Origin: Candidatus Moraniibacteriota bacterium
GTDB lineage: Bacteria; Patescibacteriota; Minisyncoccia; Moranbacterales; UBA2206
DNA: 64,000 nt
Direction of reading: 5' to 3'
Assembly (NCBI GenBank): GCA_026396175.1
Contig: JAPLXG010000002.1
Coordinates: 25,490 to 89,489 of the forward strand
Shown: positions 38,731 to 48,725 of the stretch, piece after piece
Numbering within the stretch: the stretch's first letter is position 1
Layout: every line of letters starts with the position of its first letter
Program-made: the position numbers and the translations under genes
Notes under the pieces: generated by a model
The model's input: only the letters and a program-made list of their open reading frames with translations
Told to the model about the DNA's origin: nothing
Database searches by the model: none

Positions 38731-39627
38731 TTATTTTCTAAATAGGCCAGCACTTGTATGAATTTCCAAATATTCTTCGCAAAATACACCAATAAATCCA
38801 AAATTATTCATTCGCTCGTTTAATTGTTCAATACTCGGTTTGTAGGAATGTAGCACTAAAAACCTTTTTGTTTTATCAGTGTTCGGCGAATAATACACCT
38901 TAAGCATGTTATCATTTTTATCCATTTCCGCGCTAAATTCTTCATATTTTGGCTCGAAGCCGATTATCCTAATTCCATTCGAAAGAAGATCTAGCACGCT
39001 GGGTATTAGATAAGACTGTATTATTTCTTCATCTTTTCCTTTTTGATAAAGCTCTAGAGTAAGGAAAAAATAATCATCATTGTTCATATTATCAAAAATT
39101 TCTTGAACCAACTCTTCATTTGAAAATAATACACCATTTGCCACAAGACAAATAACATTTATAGCGGTGCCGTCTTTTCTTGTTTCTTCACAAATATTCT
39201 TTATTCCATAAGTTTCTATATCAACAGGAAATTTTTTTACTTTTATGCTTGAACATTTTTGATGCAGTTCATTTTCAGCAATTTCAAGCATAGTTGGATT
39301 CACATCGACTATTGAATAATTGACTATATTATTTTTATTCAATCCATCAATGATAATCGGGGCCTCAAATCCATTGCCAACGCCAAGATGAATGATATTT
39401 ATTTTATTTTCCCCGATTTGTTTAGATAGCCTAGAAATGGATTTTTTTAGCGCAGAAATTTCTCTGTTTGCCAATTGATAGTCAGAGTCTTTTGCGATTT
39501 TATCCCAATATTCTTGAGTATACACAACCCTGATGGGAATCTCATTTTTTTCTTCAACATACTGCCTAAGAATATCCAACTGCTCTTTTGTTAACCTTTT
39601 TGCTAATTCTTGATTAAATTTCACCAT
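38731..39627 (-). CDS. SAM-dependent methyltransferase, EgtD-like
   Basis: IP-RVVY, YQL..EI, IHLGVGNG, IVDVNPTML, HSYK; AT-rich. Confidence 0.65.
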   Translation of the reverse strand: MVKFNQELAKRLTKEQLDILRQYVEEKNEIPIRVVYTQEYWDKIAKDSDYQLANREISALKKSISRLSKQIGENKINIIHLGVGNGFEAPIIIDGLNKNNIVNYSIVDVNPTMLEIAENELHQKCSSIKVKKFPVDIETYGIKNICEETRKDGTAINVICLVANGVLFSNEELVQEIFDNMNNDDYFFLTLELYQKGKDEEIIQSYLIPSVLDLLSNGIRIIGFEPKYEEFSAEMDKNDNMLKVYYSPNTDKTKRFLVLHSYKPSIEQLNERMNNFGFIGVFCEEYLEIHTSAGLFRK

Positions 39628-39677
39628 GGTTTTGATATTAATTATTAAAAATCAAGCTAATCATTTAATTATATTAA

Positions 39678-41075
39678 TCATAGTTCGGATAGTTTGGACA
39701 CCACCTCCCAAACATTTCCCGCGCCAATGGCGATCACCACATCATCGCCGCCGATTTTACCACCGAGAAATTCCACTGTTTCATCAATCGTTGCAATATA
39801 CTCGGCTTTTCCTCGGTCATATTTATTCACTAGATCCACCAGATCTTTTGAATGCACCCCGCCTTGTGCTTCGCGCGCACTGCCATAGATGTCGAGAATA
39901 ATTACTTTGTCCGCGTCGGAAAAACTTTGGGAAAATTCGGAAAGCAGTGCTTTGGTGCGGGTGAAAGTGTGTGGATGAAAAACGGCCCAGATATTTTTCT
40001 CAGCGTAAAGCTCACGCGCGGCTTTCAATGTTGCACGGATTTCATCCGGATGATGACCATAATCATCAATGAGAATCGCGCCATTGCGTTCGCCAATCAG
40101 TTCGAATCTTCTGGCTGTCCCTTGAAAATTTTTGAGCGCCGCTTGAATTTTCTCCGCGCTAAAATTAAGCTTGTGACAAACCGCAATCACGGCAGCAGCA
40201 TTGAGCGCATTGTGTTTTCCAAAAAGACCAATTTCAAAGTTCCCTAAACTTTTTTCTCCTTGCATCACTTCAAATGTCTGACTAGGGATTACCCCTTCGG
40301 CTTTTTTTAATTCTAGATTTGCTATTCGATAATTACAATCATCAGAAAATCCATAAGTCAAAACTGCACAAGTCGCCGAAGAGGCGACTTCCAATGTAGC
40401 CGTTGCGTCACCGCAAACGACCAGAAAACCAGTTTTCGGAATTCTCACCACAAAGTCTTTGAAAACTTTTTTATACTCCTCAAAATCCGGGAAGAAATCC
40501 GGGTGATCATAGTCACAGCTGGTGAGAATAACCGCATTAGGATTATAGCGTGCTAATTTGTTTTGATATTCGTCCGCTTCCAGCACAAAAAACTCACCTG
40601 CTCCCGTGAGTGCGTTCCCCTCCCAATTTTTCACACGACTGCCAATCGCCGCTGAGGGATCAGCACCAAGATCTTTGAGGGTATTGGCGAGCCAGGCCGA
40701 AGTGGTCGTTTTTCCATGTGTCCCACAAATCGCAATGCCATATTTCTCATTAAAAAGCTGAGCTAATATTTCCGGATAGCTAATCATGGGAATTTTTCTT
40801 TTCATAACTTCTTGAAATTCCACATTATTTCCGACGTTATAGCTAGTAGAATAAATTACCAGATCGGCATCCGCAGGAATATTTTCCACCGAAAAACCTT
40901 CGGTATATTGAATCTGATTTTTTTTGAGCACCTCATCTGTGAAAAACTTCTCTGTCGTATCCGAACCCGTCACTTCAATGCCCCTGGATTTCAAAATTTC
41001 CACCACGCCAACCACGCCAGAACCCTTAATTCCAATCACATAAACTTTTTTAATTTTTTCCAGATCAATCGCCAT
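39678..41075 (-). CDS. murC: UDP-N-acetylmuramate--L-alanine ligase
   Basis: GIKGSG, GTHGKTTT, EADE, DDYGHHP, FHPHTFTRT. Confidence 0.96.
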   Translation of the reverse strand: MAIDLEKIKKVYVIGIKGSGVVGVVEILKSRGIEVTGSDTTEKFFTDEVLKKNQIQYTEGFSVENIPADADLVIYSTSYNVGNNVEFQEVMKRKIPMISYPEILAQLFNEKYGIAICGTHGKTTTSAWLANTLKDLGADPSAAIGSRVKNWEGNALTGAGEFFVLEADEYQNKLARYNPNAVILTSCDYDHPDFFPDFEEYKKVFKDFVVRIPKTGFLVVCGDATATLEVASSATCAVLTYGFSDDCNYRIANLELKKAEGVIPSQTFEVMQGEKSLGNFEIGLFGKHNALNAAAVIAVCHKLNFSAEKIQAALKNFQGTARRFELIGERNGAILIDDYGHHPDEIRATLKAARELYAEKNIWAVFHPHTFTRTKALLSEFSQSFSDADKVIILDIYGSAREAQGGVHSKDLVDLVNKYDRGKAEYIATIDETVEFLGGKIGGDDVVIAIGAGNVWEVVSKLSEL

Positions 41076-41092
41076 ATTTTTAAAACTAAAAA

Positions 41093-42196
41093 TTATTCCT
41101 TAACCATTCCCAAAATTCCATCGGCAATTTTTTCTGTCGCATCTGGATGATAGAATGTTCCGATATTTTCTGCCAACTTATTGCGCAAAGTTTCGTCCTC
41201 CAAAAGTTCCGCAATTTTTTCCATTAGCATGTGTTCGCCCATATTATTTTCCTCCATCACCACGCACCCGCCGATTCGCGCGAGTGAATAGGCGTTCATT
41301 CGTTGATGATCGCCCGCTGAAGTTTCCAAAGGAATGATGATCGCCGGTTTTTTGTTGGCGGCAATTTCGGCAATGGAAGTGCTTCCAGCTCGCGAAATCA
41401 CCAAATCAGCCGCCGCTAAAATATCTATCAACTCTTCTTTGAAAAATGGCGCGGCATAATATCCATCATGACCAACCTTGAAACCGAGCTCCCCAGCTAT
41501 GCGTTTCACTTCTTCAAAATTATTTTCCCCCGTCTGATGAACAACTTGATATTTATGCAGAAGTTGTGGCAGAATTCGCAAAATTTTATCATTAATACTT
41601 TTTGCTCCTTGTGATCCGCCCCAGACAAAAATAATTTTTCGTGACTCAGTAAAGCCAAGTAATTTTCTGGCATTTTCCGCGCTACCTTTGTTAATATCTT
41701 CCCGCAACGGATTTCCCGTTAGCACCACTTGCGCTGCTGGAAAATATTTTTCCGCTTCCGAATAAGCCACTGCCACCCGAGTAGAGAGTTTCCCCAGCAT
41801 TGAATTGGCCAGTCCCGGATTTGAGTCTGATTCGTGAATGAGAATTGGAATGCGATAGAGCCAACCGGCCACCACCACCGGAAAAGAAGCTGATCCGCCT
41901 TTGGAAAAGATTGCATCCGGCATCAAAATGAGCAAAAGCCACAACGATTTCAAAACTCCAATAGGAATCCGGAAAAAATCCAAAATATTTTGAAAGGAAA
42001 AATAACGTCGCAATTTTCCGGTCATAATATTTCTAATCGGAATATTTTCCCGCCCCATAATTTCATCTTCCAGCTTGCCTTTCGGTCCGATAAAATAAAA
42101 CTCGACATCCGGCACTTTTTCTTGAATTTTTTTGGCTACTGCCACGAGTGGCGTCAGATGTCCGCCTGTTCCTCCTCCTGTGAGTACGATACGCAT
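41093..42196 (-). CDS. murG: Lipid II GlcNAc transferase
   Basis: TGGGTGGH, HESD, GNPLR, GGSQGA, SRAG, HQRMNA. Confidence 0.96.
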   Translation of the reverse strand: MRIVLTGGGTGGHLTPLVAVAKKIQEKVPDVEFYFIGPKGKLEDEIMGRENIPIRNIMTGKLRRYFSFQNILDFFRIPIGVLKSLWLLLILMPDAIFSKGGSASFPVVVAGWLYRIPILIHESDSNPGLANSMLGKLSTRVAVAYSEAEKYFPAAQVVLTGNPLREDINKGSAENARKLLGFTESRKIIFVWGGSQGAKSINDKILRILPQLLHKYQVVHQTGENNFEEVKRIAGELGFKVGHDGYYAAPFFKEELIDILAAADLVISRAGSTSIAEIAANKKPAIIIPLETSAGDHQRMNAYSLARIGGCVVMEENNMGEHMLMEKIAELLEDETLRNKLAENIGTFYHPDATEKIADGILGMVKE

Positions 42197-42219
42197 AAAA
42201 TTTATTTGATAAAAAAATA

Positions 42220-43332
42220 TTAATTATCTAAACCCGTCTGCTTGGAAATATTCAATAGCACGCCGATTCCGGCCATCAAAAATATGAGCGACGTTCCGCC
42301 ATAGCTAATGAACGGGAGTGGAATTCCGGTGAGTGGAATGAGACCGGAAATTGCCGAGATATTGATGAGTGCTTGAAAAGTAATCCAAGAAGTGATGCCG
42401 ACTGCGGTCAGTTGAGAAAAACGATCAGGCGCGTTTTTGGCAATGCGAAAGCCAATCATCGCCAGGGCGAGAAATAATAAAACCAACGCGACCACGCCAA
42501 CCAAACCCAGTTCTTCTCCGATGATAGCAAAAATAGAATCGCCGACCGGCTCGGGCAAGTAGTTAAATTTTTGCAAACTATGTCCAAGGCCAAGCCCCCA
42601 AAAGCCTCCTGAACCAATCGCAAGAAGCGCTTGATTGATTTGATAACCAATCCCGCGCGGATCCAATTCGGGGTGGAGGAATACCAAAAAACGATCCATC
42701 CGATAGGATTCAAATTTGATAAGCAGGACTAGTGCGGCAAAACCAGCCACTGCCATTGAAAATATATGCGAAAGTCGGGCACCCGAAATGAAAAAAACGG
42801 ACATAGCGATGAAAATGATGACACCAAGCGTTCCCATATCCGGTTGTTTTTCCAAAAGAAAACTAACTACCCCAACCACGGCAAGAAAAGGCAAAAGGCC
42901 CTCATAGAAATCTTTCACTTTTTCCGCCCGGCTCTCCAACCAGGCCGCGAGATAGATAACAATTGACAGTTTCAGCATTTCTGACGGCTGAAAAGAAAAC
43001 GGTCCGAGTTGCAACCAGCGACTGGCACCATAGACCCGCGAACCGACTCCCGGCACAAAAACTAAGATGAGCAGAAGAATACTGAGAATGAAAAACGGGA
43101 AAGCGATTTTTTTCCAAAAAGTATAATTTATTTTCGCAATTGCGAAAAGAACGATGATGCCCGGCAAAACTCCGTAAAAAAGTTGATGCTTGAAGAAATA
43201 ATAGGAATCACCAAAGCGACTGCGCGAATAGGCAATGCCGGCCGAAGCAATCATCGCCAAACCAAAAATGAGCAATAGAAAAACTACAAACAACAAATTT
43301 TTATTTACCCCTTGTTCTCTGTGTTTAGACAT
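42220..43332 (-). CDS. ftsW: SEDS peptidoglycan polymerase FtsW
   Basis: GASRW, QPSE, QPDMGT, YLPE..DSIF, PFISYGG. Confidence 0.93.
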   Translation of the reverse strand: MSKHREQGVNKNLLFVVFLLLIFGLAMIASAGIAYSRSRFGDSYYFFKHQLFYGVLPGIIVLFAIAKINYTFWKKIAFPFFILSILLLILVFVPGVGSRVYGASRWLQLGPFSFQPSEMLKLSIVIYLAAWLESRAEKVKDFYEGLLPFLAVVGVVSFLLEKQPDMGTLGVIIFIAMSVFFISGARLSHIFSMAVAGFAALVLLIKFESYRMDRFLVFLHPELDPRGIGYQINQALLAIGSGGFWGLGLGHSLQKFNYLPEPVGDSIFAIIGEELGLVGVVALVLLFLALAMIGFRIAKNAPDRFSQLTAVGITSWITFQALINISAISGLIPLTGIPLPFISYGGTSLIFLMAGIGVLLNISKQTGLDN

Positions 43333-43349
43333 TTTTAGAAATAATTCAC

Positions 43350-44069
43350 TTATTTATTATTCGTATGTCCCCGCCGTGGCGGGGTTCGCGAAGTGAATGA
43401 CCGCCACTTTTTAATCTCACCATGATTACCACTCATGAGCACCTCCGGCACCTGCCAATCATTGAAAATTGGCGGCTTACTATATTGCGGATGCTCTTTA
43501 TAGTTTTTATTTTTATGTGATTCGTGCTTAGCACTTTCCTCATTACCCAAAACTCCCGGCAAGAGCCGCATCACACTATCGATAATAATCATTGCGGGAA
43601 GTTCTCCGCCAGTGAGCACATAATCCCCAATCGAAATCTCTTCATCCGCGATATGCTGCGCCACGCGCTCATCCACTCCCTCATAACGTCCGCAAATTAA
43701 AATTAAATTATCATACTTTGAGAGTCTTTCTGCCGATCGCTGGGTATATTTTTTGCCTTTAGCAGAAAAAAGAATTATGCGCGTCTCCGCCCTAGGCGGA
43801 CCCGCCTTGGGCGGGTTGTCTTTTTCGTTTTTAGCAATCAACTTTTTAATCTTTTCCACGCAAGCATAAATCGGCTGAACCTGGAGTACCATCCCCGCTC
43901 CGCCGCCATAGGGTGTGTCATCGACTTTTTCGTGCTTGTCAGTCGTGTAATCCCGCAAATTATGCGCGAGTACTTCAATCGCCCCGCTTTTTTGCGCACG
44001 CCCAATAATCGACTCTTTGAGATAAGAGTCTAAAATCCGCGGAAAAATTGTAACAATATGGAATTGCAT
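43350..44069 (-). CDS. trmD: tRNA (guanine37-N1)-methyltransferase
   Basis: DDTPYGGGAGM, CGRYEGVDER, SIGDYVLTGGE; in-frame insert 43786-43815; C-terminus encoded by a family C repeat. Confidence 0.96.
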   Translation of the reverse strand: MQFHIVTIFPRILDSYLKESIIGRAQKSGAIEVLAHNLRDYTTDKHEKVDDTPYGGGAGMVLQVQPIYACVEKIKKLIAKNEKDNPPKAGPPRAETRIILFSAKGKKYTQRSAERLSKYDNLILICGRYEGVDERVAQHIADEEISIGDYVLTGGELPAMIIIDSVMRLLPGVLGNEESAKHESHKNKNYKEHPQYSKPPIFNDWQVPEVLMSGNHGEIKKWRSFTSRTPPRRGHTNNK

Positions 44070-44148
44070 AATATCTCTATGATAGCAAAATAAATCAAAA
44101 AAGGCTAACTTTCGCCAGCCTTTCTTGTTTCACTAATTTTCAAGTAGA

Positions 44149-44490
44149 TCAGACAATATCACCAACGACATCGTCAATACTTTTGCGCACTTCTTCTCTT
44201 GGTTCACGGTCTTCTCGTGGTGGTCTAGTAGATCCTTCTGGTTCGTTAATCTTGAGATTAACTCGCGCGTTGTTTCTGGCACCGATTACACGAAGCAAAG
44301 TTCGCAAAGCTTTCGCTGTTGCACCTTCACGTCCGATAATCATTCCCATATCCTCGGGGTTGACGTCCAGTGTGATAAGCACGCCCATTTCATCAATTTT
44401 CCTTTCAACTTTCACATCGTCAGGATTATTCACAACTTGTTTCACAACATACTCAACAAACTCTATATCAGTTGCTTGAATTGTAGCCAT
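44149..44490 (-). CDS. khpA: KH-domain RNA-binding protein
   Basis: DMGMIIGREGATAKALRTLL; upstream of trmD. Confidence 0.88.
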   Translation of the reverse strand: MATIQATDIEFVEYVVKQVVNNPDDVKVERKIDEMGVLITLDVNPEDMGMIIGREGATAKALRTLLRVIGARNNARVNLKINEPEGSTRPPREDREPREEVRKSIDDVVGDIV

Positions 44491-44634
44491 ATACGCAATT
44501 CTAGATTAATGTTTATTAACACTTCTTAGTAAGAGGGCTTCGGAAGATCGACCCCCACCATCGCTGTCATCCGCCGGACTAAAAAGTCTCAAACGGAACT
44601 CTCTTACTTTCGCCTATATTATATTATTTATTCA

Positions 44635-45348
44635 TTATTTTGTCAAAAATTTAAAAGTCTTTAAAATCTTAGTCACATTTTCGATTGTCTCTTCGCCAAT
44701 TTCCGCCCTGATTACCAATTCTTTGCTATCACCGGTTGAAAAATAACCGGCCTTATCGCAGGCGGTCAGGCCAGAGTTGGGATTGGCATATTTCGTTTCG
44801 TAGCTGCCCACTTTCAAAGTGACCGAATCAGTCAGGGTGCAATTTTTTCTTTCTTTTTCGGAAAATTCAGCGTTATACCAAGTTTGCAAATCAGCCTTGG
44901 CTTTGTTGGAAAAAATTCGAAATTTCCAGGTCTTGAAATTTTGCGAAACGCGATACAAATCACCACCGCAAACTACTTGCGCATCGGTGGGATATTTAAA
45001 TTCAAATTGATTTTTTTCGTCCGCATAGGTTTTCCAATCGGCGGTTTCATCCGGAGTTTTGTCCGCTTCGCTGGTTGCCGTTTTTTGCGTGTCCTCCGGC
45101 GCCGTAACTGCATTTTCCGGAGCGGCTTTTGTTGTGGCGCCCAGTGTGTCGGGAACACTTGGAGCGGTAGCTGCTGTCGCGGCAGTCGCAGTAGTTTGCT
45201 TTTGCGTCAAGTTAGCCTCAGCCGCTTGTTTTATCTTTTCGAAATCCTCATCACTACCTTGACTAAACATACGCCAAAAAACATTGCCAAAAATAATGAC
45301 AACTAAAAAAAATATTCCAACTACAAATAGACTTCTATTTCTGGTCAT
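44635..45348 (-). CDS. Membrane-anchored protein with Ala/Thr linker and PsbP-like domain
   Basis: TM helix, low-complexity linker, WKTY..QFEFKYP motif. Confidence 0.65.
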   Translation of the reverse strand: MTRNRSLFVVGIFFLVVIIFGNVFWRMFSQGSDEDFEKIKQAAEANLTQKQTTATAATAATAPSVPDTLGATTKAAPENAVTAPEDTQKTATSEADKTPDETADWKTYADEKNQFEFKYPTDAQVVCGGDLYRVSQNFKTWKFRIFSNKAKADLQTWYNAEFSEKERKNCTLTDSVTLKVGSYETKYANPNSGLTACDKAGYFSTGDSKELVIRAEIGEETIENVTKILKTFKFLTK

Positions 45349-45424
45349 TAAAAATATGCTACGGAGAAAAATCGGAGCTCAGCTCCGATTTTCCCGCAAT
45401 CTATGGATTTATTATAGCACACAA

Positions 45425-45494
45425 CCCCGCACTAACCTTGCACTTGCACCTCCGGTGCAAATTGGCCAAAGGCCAGTGCAAAGTTAGTGCGGGG
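45425..45494. mobile_element. 70-bp MITE-like element
   Basis: 20-nt terminal IR CCCCGCACTAACCTTGCACT / AGTGCAAAGTTAGTGCGGGG (1 mismatch) with inner hairpins. Confidence 0.65.
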
Positions 45495-45530
45495 CTAGAC
45501 AAAACCCCAAAATCCCGCTAGTATTTATCC

Positions 45531-47009
45531 ATGGAAAGATTCAAACGCAAGCTATTTTTTTGGTCACTTGTCCTCATTTTCTTTATAATTACCCCGATTA
45601 TTGTCCTCGAGGCTCGCGGTTACCGCTTTGATTGGCATCGAGGTGTTTTTGTTTACAGCGGAACGATTTCTTTCAAATCTAACCCGCAAAATATCATTAC
45701 CACGCTCAATGGAGTGGTCAATGATTCAGCCAAGCTCAATCGGATCAACAGCTCTTTCAATCTCACCGGACTGATTCCGATGGATTATACGATTGAAATC
45801 TCAGCGCCCAATTTCTATCCCTGGAACAAAAAAATTGATGTTCACAGTGGAGTCTCCAGCGAATTTTGGAATGTTGTCCTCACCAGAAAAAATTATACCA
45901 TCACCAACTATGCCTCGACGGATGGGATTGATAAGTTTTTCACCTCGCCCAAAAATCGCTTCGTCGCTTTCACAACTAATTCTGACCAAGGACTGGCAGT
46001 CAAAGAGTTAGACTTGGGCAGCAAGCTTGTGACTAATAGTTATGACCTTTCCGGCTGGAAACTCCTCTCTGAAGATAAAAAAGAAAATATCGAATGGTCA
46101 CCGGACGAAGGCTATCTCTCTGTTCCGGTGGAAAAAAATAACGACCCTGAGGATAAGGCTTATTATATTATTGATCTTAGTCAAGCTCAAAACAACCCAC
46201 TAAACCTGCATACTTTTTTAGGAAAAGATGTCATCCGCTATGTCCGCTGGGACCCGAAGGAAAAAGGCTATCTCTTTTTTCTGGAGGGCACAACGCTTTT
46301 CCGCGCCAACATCAAAGACGCAACAAGTATCACTCAAATTGCCACTGACGTGAGCGCCTATGATTTGTCCTATAACGCCGTCTATTTTGTTCAATCTCCC
46401 AATGATCTCCTTTTCAGAACCAGCTTGGATGGAAAAGCAGAAAAAACTCAAATCACTAATAATTTTCCTGACGCAAGCAATCCCACCATCGAGCGGGTGA
46501 CTGTTTATGATGAATCTCGCATCGCCTTTCTAGACAAAAATCAAAATCTTTTTATCTATAATAAAGGAGAACGCGATACCTATTTCCGCTCTCTGGGCGA
46601 CCGCGTAGCGGAAATGCATTTTTCCAATGACGGAAAAAAATTGCTTTTTTACGGCAATAATGAAATTTCTGTCTACTACACCCGCGATTGGACCGTGCAA
46701 CCGATTCGCCAAGAAAATGAGTTGAATAATGTCACGCGTTATTTGGAAGACCTAAAAAATATCCAGTGGTACAAGGACTATGAACATATTATTTTCAGCG
46801 TCGGAAAATACACCAAAATAATTGAACTTGACGCTCGCGATCATCGCAATTGCCTCGATCTCATCAGTACTAGCCTGGATTCGCCGTTTGTCATTCACAA
46901 CAACGGCTTGGAAAAACTTTTTTTCACAGACGCTAAAGATGGTACGACAAGCTTAAACTCCATTGTCTTTCCGGAAGCTACGCCGATCTTGGGAATTGGC
47001 GGAGCATAA
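45531..47009 (+). CDS. PEGA-like plus beta-propeller membrane-anchored protein
   Basis: TM helix, GYRFD..GTI..KSNP, WSPD/FSND repeats. Confidence 0.7.
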   Translation: MERFKRKLFFWSLVLIFFIITPIIVLEARGYRFDWHRGVFVYSGTISFKSNPQNIITTLNGVVNDSAKLNRINSSFNLTGLIPMDYTIEISAPNFYPWNKKIDVHSGVSSEFWNVVLTRKNYTITNYASTDGIDKFFTSPKNRFVAFTTNSDQGLAVKELDLGSKLVTNSYDLSGWKLLSEDKKENIEWSPDEGYLSVPVEKNNDPEDKAYYIIDLSQAQNNPLNLHTFLGKDVIRYVRWDPKEKGYLFFLEGTTLFRANIKDATSITQIATDVSAYDLSYNAVYFVQSPNDLLFRTSLDGKAEKTQITNNFPDASNPTIERVTVYDESRIAFLDKNQNLFIYNKGERDTYFRSLGDRVAEMHFSNDGKKLLFYGNNEISVYYTRDWTVQPIRQENELNNVTRYLEDLKNIQWYKDYEHIIFSVGKYTKIIELDARDHRNCLDLISTSLDSPFVIHNNGLEKLFFTDAKDGTTSLNSIVFPEATPILGIGGA

Positions 47010-47012
47010 GAA

Positions 47013-47141
47013 AAAATTTGAAATTTTAAATTTTAAATTTGAAATGAAGTCTAAATTTTAAATTTTTAAGTATCAACTATTCATTTGGACATTTATTCAT
47101 TTGAAATTGATTGAAAATTGTAAATTTAAAATTGAAAATTG
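47013..47141. repeat. Gene-less inverted (AAATTTN)n array pair
   Basis: Same arm architecture as 17459-17567. Confidence 0.7.
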
Positions 47142-47214
47142 CAATCTCTAACTTGTCGATAAGGCGTAATTACACAACAACCTTTCCCGCATAAAGAAAC
47201 GCTAACCAAAGAAT

Positions 47215-48588
47215 TTACTGGTTCTCACTCAACTTCCAATCTTTTGAGAGATCAACTTGATAGGTCATTTTTTTCTGGCTTTTATAAATTACAGCTACTG
47301 TGCCAGAAACATTGCCTGAGCCGGATTGTCTTTGAATTAAAAGGTCATAGTTATCCACCGCACTTTTTGGCAAAGTATAGGAAAATTCCACCGTCTTAGT
47401 TTGCCCAATCGGTACACCAAGCAGTGATCCAAAATATTTTTTGTTCAGGTCGTCTCCAAATCTCTTATCACCTAAATTTTGCGAATCCGTCAGCCAACTA
47501 TTTTGGGGAGTATATACTCGCAAATAAGTTAAGTAATCTTTCGTCATCCAATCTTTTTGCTTGGCAGTGTGATTATAGGTCACCTTTAAATCAGCGGCTG
47601 GCACATCGCCGGACAAATCAACAGTGTAGTCAAATGAGCGACGCATATAGTAGTCGCTTTTTAGCGATCCCATATTGGCATCAACCAGCATCAGATAATC
47701 TTGCGACCAATTTTTGTCGACACTACCATCCCACTGCGCACTCTGGGCCTTACTTTCCAAATTTTCATCTTTGAAGTAGAGCTGGATATCTTTGCGATTC
47801 AAGTCATCCAAGATAATTTCCGCCAGTTTAATTTTATCGCTAATACTAAGCGTGAGCACTTTTTTCTTGATTTCGTCCGCCAAAAGATTCATCACACTTT
47901 TTCTTTCACCTCTTTCGATGCCCTGCTGATAAGATCCTTGTTCAACTTGATATTCGAGGTTTAATACCCCATTTTCACTATCATACGTTCCCGGATAACC
48001 CGGCACTTCCACTGGCCCGGTTACCCTGAGAAAAGAGGTCAGCACGTTACTATTGATTGCCACAACTCCGGCAAAATTTTCCTGGCCTTGTCCAAGGTGA
48101 TAAAACTCATCGGCCTTCTCCGCATTCGTTGGAAAATCCGCTGAAAAGTTTGAGTCGCGCAATTTCCAATCTTTGACATGTAGCGCATCCTTAAAAGGAT
48201 AAGGCGGATCAATTCCATCGGGCACGCGACCGTCAAAATTGGAAAGGTCATGAGTTTGCAATTGCTCCACTTTCCCGTCGAGCATTTTCAAGACTCCAAA
48301 CGATCCGATATAGCCACCACCTGGACGCAACTCCATATTGTTTTGGAAAAGCAACATGAAGGTTTTTTCCTCGCCGTCTTTTTCAAACAGGTACTGCGCA
48401 AAGCTGGCCATCGTTTTGAACTTGGCTTTTTGCAACTCGCCCAATGGTAAAAAATCGATCATCGCACTCATCGTCCCAAACTCTTTGTTATTTTTCACTT
48501 GCCAGTAGCCGTACCAACCTACTAAAAATAGGATGGCCAAAACCCAAAACAAAATAAATTTGCGATTACTTTTTTGCATAAAAATCAA
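47215..48588 (-). CDS. DUF4012 domain protein, paralog 2
   Basis: LFQNNMELRPGGGYIG, RDSNFSADFP, KSDYY. Confidence 0.85.
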   Translation of the reverse strand: MIFMQKSNRKFILFWVLAILFLVGWYGYWQVKNNKEFGTMSAMIDFLPLGELQKAKFKTMASFAQYLFEKDGEEKTFMLLFQNNMELRPGGGYIGSFGVLKMLDGKVEQLQTHDLSNFDGRVPDGIDPPYPFKDALHVKDWKLRDSNFSADFPTNAEKADEFYHLGQGQENFAGVVAINSNVLTSFLRVTGPVEVPGYPGTYDSENGVLNLEYQVEQGSYQQGIERGERKSVMNLLADEIKKKVLTLSISDKIKLAEIILDDLNRKDIQLYFKDENLESKAQSAQWDGSVDKNWSQDYLMLVDANMGSLKSDYYMRRSFDYTVDLSGDVPAADLKVTYNHTAKQKDWMTKDYLTYLRVYTPQNSWLTDSQNLGDKRFGDDLNKKYFGSLLGVPIGQTKTVEFSYTLPKSAVDNYDLLIQRQSGSGNVSGTVAVIYKSQKKMTYQVDLSKDWKLSENQ

Positions 48589-48725
48589 TATTTAAGGCTT
48601 ATAATTTATATAAATTCATGACTGTGTAGCTTACGCTAAAATCGGAAAAATGTCAAGCACGGTAGAAACTAAAACAGACCCTCCTATCTGCTTTAGTTTA
48701 AAGCTTTATAGGAAAGTCTGGAAAC

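Noticed and set aside
43350-44490. khpA-trmD separated from rpsP, with no rimM between them
   Set aside because: Operon reshuffling and gene loss are ordinary in reduced genomes, and absence cannot be judged from one window.
18963-48588. Two DUF4012 paralogs as a recent duplication or repeat
   Set aside because: Similar only at protein-motif level; multiple copies near glycan clusters are ordinary for this group.
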